From NCBI GenBank assembly GCA_902787685.1, contig CADAHH010000003.1, positions 113,472 through 177,471 of the forward strand: a stretch of 64,000 nt of DNA, written 5' to 3'. A program made the position numbers and the translations under genes. The DNA comes from an uncultured Eubacteriales bacterium. Its GTDB lineage: Bacteria; Bacillota; Clostridia; TANB77; CAG-508. Of the stretch, positions 59,073-64,000 are shown in pieces. Positions within the stretch are counted from its first letter, which is position 1; every line of letters starts with the position of its first letter. Below the pieces are notes generated by a model. The model saw only the letters and a program-made list of their open reading frames with translations, was not told where the DNA came from and did no database searches.

Positions 59073-60839
59073 TTGAAAACAATTAAAAGATTCTATAACT
59101 TAGCAAAACCATATTTAAAATGGATTATATTAATTATACTTCTGACGATTTTAGAAAATGCATTATCAGCATCAAGACCAGTTATAGTAAAGACAATAAT
59201 TGATCAATTTATGCAAAATAAGGTGTTGGAAAAAAGTATTGAAATTTTAGGAAAAAGTTTTGTAACAAATGCAGTATATATTGGTTTATTGTATATTACT
59301 ATAGTATTGTTTGAAAACATAATTGATTTTATAGTAGTAAAATTTACAGCACATGTTGGTGAAAATATTATAAGTGATTTAAGAGAAAAGATTTTTAATT
59401 TTTCTCAAAAAACTAATGTATCTTTTCATGACAAAACACCTGCTGGAAAGCTATATGTTCGAATTACAAGTGATACAGATGATATAGGAGCTTTTTTAAA
59501 AGATGATTTAATTAATCTATTTAGAGATATTACATATGTAATTGTTGTGTTAATTATAATGTTTAGTATAAATTGGAAACTAACTATAATTTCTATAATA
59601 CTACTTATAATTAGCATAATTGGTGTTACATTTTTTATAAAAAAAGCTAATAAATTTTATAAAAAAGCAAAAAAGATCAGAACAGAGCTAAATACTTTTT
59701 TTTCAGAAGTTATATATGGTTCTCGAACAATTAAAATATTCAATATTCAAAATATTATAAAAGATAAAGAAACTGATTTAACAGACAAATTAATAAAGAC
59801 TAGGAATAAAGCTGCTTTAATTGATTCTCCAGTTTTTCAAATAGTAACACTATCTTTAAATATTACAATTGCAATTATACTAGCAACTGGAATAAAAAAC
59901 ATTTGGGGAATTGAAATAAAAGCTGGGGAGATATATGTTTTTATTACATTTGTAAGACGATTATTTGAACCAATTGCTAAAACTATGGAAAATGTTGAAG
60001 GATTCCAAGAAGCAATTGTTTCATTAAACAGAATATCTGATTTAATAGAGCAAGAGGAATTTTTAGAAGATTATGATTCAGGAATTGAACTAAAAGATGT
60101 AAAAGGAAAAGTTGAATTTAAACATGTTTGGTTTAAATATAATGATAATGATGAGAATTGGATATTAAAAGACATTAGTTTTACAATTGAGCCAACTGAA
60201 ACAATAGCACTAGTTGGAAAAACTGGAGCTGGAAAGACTACAATTACAAATTTAGTTAACAGATTTTATGAAATACAAAAAGGTGAAATTTTAATAGATG
60301 GAATAAATATAAAAGATATAAATATAAATAGTTTAAGAAGTCATATAGGAAATATATTGCAAGAGCCATTTATTTTTTCTGGTTCAGTAAAAGACAATAT
60401 TAAATTATATAAAAATATAACTGATGAGGATGTGGAAAAAGCAGTTGATTTAGCATTAGCAAGAAGCTTTGTAAATTCCTTGCCAAATGGAATTGAAACA
60501 GAAGCAGTAGAAAGGGGAGAGAACTTTTCAGTAGGACAAAAACAATTAATAGCATTTGCAAGAATTTTTGCTTTAAATCCAGATATCTTTATTCTAGATG
60601 AAGCAACAGCAAATATTGATACAAATACTGAAAAACTAATTCAAAAATCTATTAATAAATTGTCAAAAGAAAAAACAGCAATATTTATTGCACATAGATT
60701 ATCTACAATTGTAAATGTTGATAAAATACTAGTTTTAAAGGATGGAGAAATAATTGAACAAGGAAAACACGAAGAATTATTGAAACAAAATGGATATTAT
60801 GCCAATTTATATAATTCTTACTATGAAAGTAATAAATAA
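59073..60839 (+). CDS. ABC exporter, fused permease/ATPase (subunit 2)
   Basis: GKTGAGKTT, FSVGQKQLIAFARI, FILDEATANID. TTG start after 'aaagggagaaagta'. Confidence 0.85.
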   Translation: MKTIKRFYNLAKPYLKWIILIILLTILENALSASRPVIVKTIIDQFMQNKVLEKSIEILGKSFVTNAVYIGLLYITIVLFENIIDFIVVKFTAHVGENIISDLREKIFNFSQKTNVSFHDKTPAGKLYVRITSDTDDIGAFLKDDLINLFRDITYVIVVLIIMFSINWKLTIISIILLIISIIGVTFFIKKANKFYKKAKKIRTELNTFFSEVIYGSRTIKIFNIQNIIKDKETDLTDKLIKTRNKAALIDSPVFQIVTLSLNITIAIILATGIKNIWGIEIKAGEIYVFITFVRRLFEPIAKTMENVEGFQEAIVSLNRISDLIEQEEFLEDYDSGIELKDVKGKVEFKHVWFKYNDNDENWILKDISFTIEPTETIALVGKTGAGKTTITNLVNRFYEIQKGEILIDGINIKDININSLRSHIGNILQEPFIFSGSVKDNIKLYKNITDEDVEKAVDLALARSFVNSLPNGIETEAVERGENFSVGQKQLIAFARIFALNPDIFILDEATANIDTNTEKLIQKSINKLSKEKTAIFIAHRLSTIVNVDKILVLKDGEIIEQGKHEELLKQNGYYANLYNSYYESNK

Positions 60840-60852
60840 TAAGGTAAATTTG

Positions 60853-60876
60853 TAGGGGCGATTTTAATCACCCCTA
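60853..60876. terminator. Bidirectional terminator between the convergent ABC and purN genes
   Basis: tagggg cgattttaatca ccccta followed by attttttc. Confidence 0.7.
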
Positions 60877-60892
60877 ATTTTTTCTACAGTTT

Positions 60893-61471
60893 TTATATTC
60901 TACTGAATTTTAAAGAGAATTTCTTTAATTCATTAACTAATTGAATCTTTTCTACAGCTTGTACTTTGGCAGAAACATCTTCTGCTGTATCAGTAGGGAG
61001 AACATCTACTTTAGTCTGTGCAATAATATTTCCTTTATCATATTCAGAATTTACATAATGAAGAGTCACACCAGAAATCTTTTCACCTGCTTCCACAACT
61101 GCTTTATGTACCTTCATTCCATACATTCCTTTTCCACCATATTTAGGTAGTAAAGAAGGATGAGTATTAATAATAGTGTATTTATTTAATAATTTAGGAC
61201 CAATCATTTTTAAATATCCAGCCAAAACTATTAAATCAATTTTATAGTTAGAAAGAACTTCATATAATTCTTCATCTTGAGATTGGAACTCTTTATTACC
61301 AATAATATAAGTATCAATATTATTTTTTTTTGCTCTTTCCAAAGCAAAAGCATCTTTATTATTAGAAACTACTAAATTAATAGTAGCAGATAATTCATTA
61401 TTATTTATAGCATCTATAATAGCTTGCAAAGTAGAGCCATTACCTGATGCAAATACAACCAAATTTAACAT
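60893..61471 (-). CDS. purN: Phosphoribosylglycinamide formyltransferase
   Basis: MLNLVVFASGNGSTLQAIID, LAGYLK, IINTHPSLLPKYGG, GVTLHYV. The start is at ATG 61469-61471 after 'gaggtgaaagtt'; the track ORF is extended to 61630. Confidence 0.9.
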   Translation of the reverse strand: MLNLVVFASGNGSTLQAIIDAINNNELSATINLVVSNNKDAFALERAKKNNIDTYIIGNKEFQSQDEELYEVLSNYKIDLIVLAGYLKMIGPKLLNKYTIINTHPSLLPKYGGKGMYGMKVHKAVVEAGEKISGVTLHYVNSEYDKGNIIAQTKVDVLPTDTAEDVSAKVQAVEKIQLVNELKKFSLKFSRI

Positions 61472-61489
61472 AACTTTCACCTCATAAGC

Positions 61490-61518
61490 ATTATATAAAA
61501 AACCTCTCCCTCTGTCAA
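61490..61518 (-). promoter_or_regulatory. Consensus sigma-A promoter of purN
   Basis: On the minus strand: TTGACA (61518-61513), 17-nt spacer, TATAAT (61495-61490), about 20 nt upstream of the purN ATG. Confidence 0.6.
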
Positions 61519-61672
61519 GAACATTTTGGGGACACCTTCCGAAAACAGGTCTTGATTCATTTTTTAGGGGGACAAAAAGAACCGGTCCAAATGTACCCAA
61601 TGGATATGAATAAAATTTCCATATTTGCAAATAATAAATGCAAATATGGGAGTTTTTTGTGAGGGAAGATCT

Positions 61673-64000
61673 ATGAGTGGATATAGACAGTTATGGGTTG
61701 AAGGAGCTCTGCTAAATAAGCAAGAGCTTTATAGTTATTTAGAGAAAACATCAGCAAGTCATGTTATTGGGTCAAAAAGTGATAGAAATACTTATCCTAT
61801 TCCAAGAATGATGGAAAATTATATGGTAATAAAAGAAGTATATAATTTATTAAATGAACATGTGAAAAATAAGGTTCAAATTCATCCCGCTGGTGAGTGG
61901 TTATTAGATAATTTTTATGCGATTGAAGAAGTTGTAAAATCTATAGAAAAAGAGATGACAATAAAAAAATACAAAAAATTTGTAGGAATTTCAAAAGGAA
62001 AATATCGAGGGTTCGCTAGAATATATGTACTTGCTTCACAAATAGTAAATTATACAGAAAATAAAATAAATGCAGAAGTATTAGAAGAAAGCTTAATAGC
62101 ATATCAAACAAAGAAAAATCTCAGTATGGATGAAATATGGAATATAGGGATATTTATGCAAATTGCAATTATTGAAAATATAAGGCAAATAGCAGAAAAT
62201 ATTTATATATCACAATATGAAAAAATGAAAGTTGAGTCAATAATAGAAAGATTAGTAGAAAAAAAGCCTAGAAGTGAAAGAAAATATAATCTGTATAAAG
62301 GACCTAAAAATATTAAGATAAAGATGTTTGATATAAAATATCCTTTTGTTGAATATTTATCTTATAAATTAAAGAAATTTGGAAAAAAAACAGAGAAATA
62401 TTTGAAGATATTAGAAGAGGAGGTTGAAAAAACAGGGACTACTGTATCAGAAATTACCAAAAGAGAGCATTTTGATATAGCAGTTAATAAAATATTAATT
62501 GGTAACGCAATTACTACAATGAAAAAACTTCAAAGAATTAATTTTCTAGAAATATTTGAAAAAATTAATAAAGTTGAGGAAATATTAAAAGCAGATCCTG
62601 CAAAAGTATATGAACAAATGGATTATAATACAAAAGAGAGCTATAGAAATACTATTAAAGAGATTTCTAAAAAAAGTAAAATATCTGAAATGTATATTGC
62701 AAAAAAGCTATTAGAACTGGCAAATAATGAATATGACAAAAACGGAAAAAGCAAAAAAGCACATATTGGTTACTATCTTCAAAGAGAAAATCAAAATATA
62801 TTGTTTGAAAAGTTACAGTATAAAGAACAAAAAGTAATATTAAATGAAAATAAAAAAGTAAAATTATATATTAGTTTTATAATAATACTAACTACATTGA
62901 TATCTGGAATTGTTGCTATGTATTATCTTCAACATATTAATAATATGTGGATAAGAATCATTACTTTTTTGATTATGTTATTACCAGTTTCAGAATTTGT
63001 AATACAGCTTTTACAATATATTTTAGGTAAAATTGTTAAACCAAATTTAATACCTAAGCTAGATTTTGATAACCGGAATACCAGAAAATGAAGCTACTTT
63101 TGTTATAATTCCAACAATTGTAGATTCTAAAGAGAAAGTAAAAGAAATGTTTAGAAATTTAGAAAAAGATTATTTAGCAAATAAATCTCAAAATCTATAT
63201 TTTTGTCTGCTTGGAGATTGCAAACAATCAGATAAGGAGATTGAAGAATATGATGTTGATGTATTAAGACGTGGTATAGAAGAAACTGAAAGGCTAAATA
63301 AAAAATATCCAAGTTTTAATTTTCCAATATTTCATTTTATTTATAGAAAACGTAAATGGAATGAAGTTGAACAAGCATATTTAGGTTGGGAAAGAAAAAG
63401 GGGAGCAATAACTGAATTTACAGAGTTTTTACTTGGTAATTTAAGAGAACATGATATTCAAGAAAAATTTAATTTAAATACAATTTATGAGACTAAAAAA
63501 GAAATTCCTAAAATAAAAAATATTATTACATTAGATGCTGATACAGATTTGAATTTAAATTCAGCATTCAAATTAGTAGGTACAATGGCACATATTCTAA
63601 ATAAACCAGAAATTGAAAATGATAGAGTTATTTCAGGATATGGGTTAATTCAACCAAGAGTAGGTGTAAATCTAGATATTACTTATAAAAGTTTATTTAC
63701 AAAAATATTTGCTGGATTAGGTGGAATTGATTCATATGTTAATGCAATTTCTGATATTTATCAAGACAATTTTGGAGAAGGTATTTTTACAGGAAAAGGA
63801 ATTTTTAATCTAAAATTATATTCAAAAATATTAAAAAATGAGATTCCAGAAAATACTGTTTTAAGCCATGATTTACTCGAAGGAAATTATTTAAGATGTG
63901 GTTTGGCATCAGATATATTAATAATGGATGGATATCCAACAAAATTTTCAAGCTTTATCACCAGACTTTCAAGATGGATTAGAGGTGATTGGCAAATAAT
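61673..64000 (+). pseudogene. Cyclic beta-1,2-glucan synthase-like / glycosyltransferase gene, 5' part (continues beyond the window), with a +1 frame break at 63074
   Basis: The frame of ORF 61625-63091 ends ..IPKLDFDNRNTRK*. The +1 frame continues GIPENEATFVIIPTIVDSKEK...ITLDADTDLN...GLIQPRVGV...VLSHDLLEG...RLSRWIRGDWQ, which are GT-type DxD and glucan-synthase-like motifs. TM helices precede the break. The start is at the ATG after 'gagggaag'. Confidence 0.65.

Noticed and set aside
61472-61630. N-terminal extension of purN (MQIWKFYSYPLGTFG...) and a possible purine or ZTP riboswitch upstream of purN.
   Set aside because: A consensus TTGACA-N17-TATAAT promoter sits at 61490-61518, only about 20 nt from the RBS and ATG at 61471. 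The region beyond it is therefore upstream of the transcription start. The sequence does not match the purine or ZTP consensus elements that I know.

Overview
This is a low-GC (roughly 27-30 % by eye) Firmicutes/Clostridia-like chromosomal segment, mostly housekeeping genes on the + strand.

**Gene content, in order**
- The 3' end of a type VIIb secretion locus: essC C-terminus, a YukD-like gene, DUF4176, a coiled-coil protein, and a putative cargo protein with a C39-like cysteine-peptidase domain.
- A small restriction-modification island: RHH gene, two tandem paralogous C5-cytosine methyltransferases, and a convergent HNH endonuclease. It ends in a serine-recombinase remnant abutting tRNA-Arg(TCT).
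- A GldA/F/G-like ABC-2 transporter, then cvpA, an LCP-family protein and comEA.
- tRNA-Arg(CCT), an intact IS1202-like insertion sequence with a 28-bp target duplication, and tRNA-Arg(ACG).
- About 5 kb of mobile-element debris: an internally deleted IS, tnpV, and a GC-rich macro-like pseudogene.
- Housekeeping genes: acpS, tatD, yqeY, zupT, pcrA, adhE, xth, cell-wall enzymes, fhs-purM-purL-purB, two ABC exporters, purN.
- The 5' part of a cyclic-glucan-synthase-like gene.

**Observations not explained by ordinary gene calls**
1. Every single-base +1 frame break in otherwise intact native genes (four sites in three genes) lies exactly on an in-frame CGG codon followed by a +1-frame glycine codon. 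No intact gene in the window uses CGG. None of the three tRNA-Arg genes here can read CGG.
2. There are several families of 120-265 bp foldback (MITE-like) repeats with GC-richer cores. One family brackets adhE as direct repeats. Another supplies the stop codon of a yyaC-like gene.

All functional calls come from motif recognition by eye. No database search was run.
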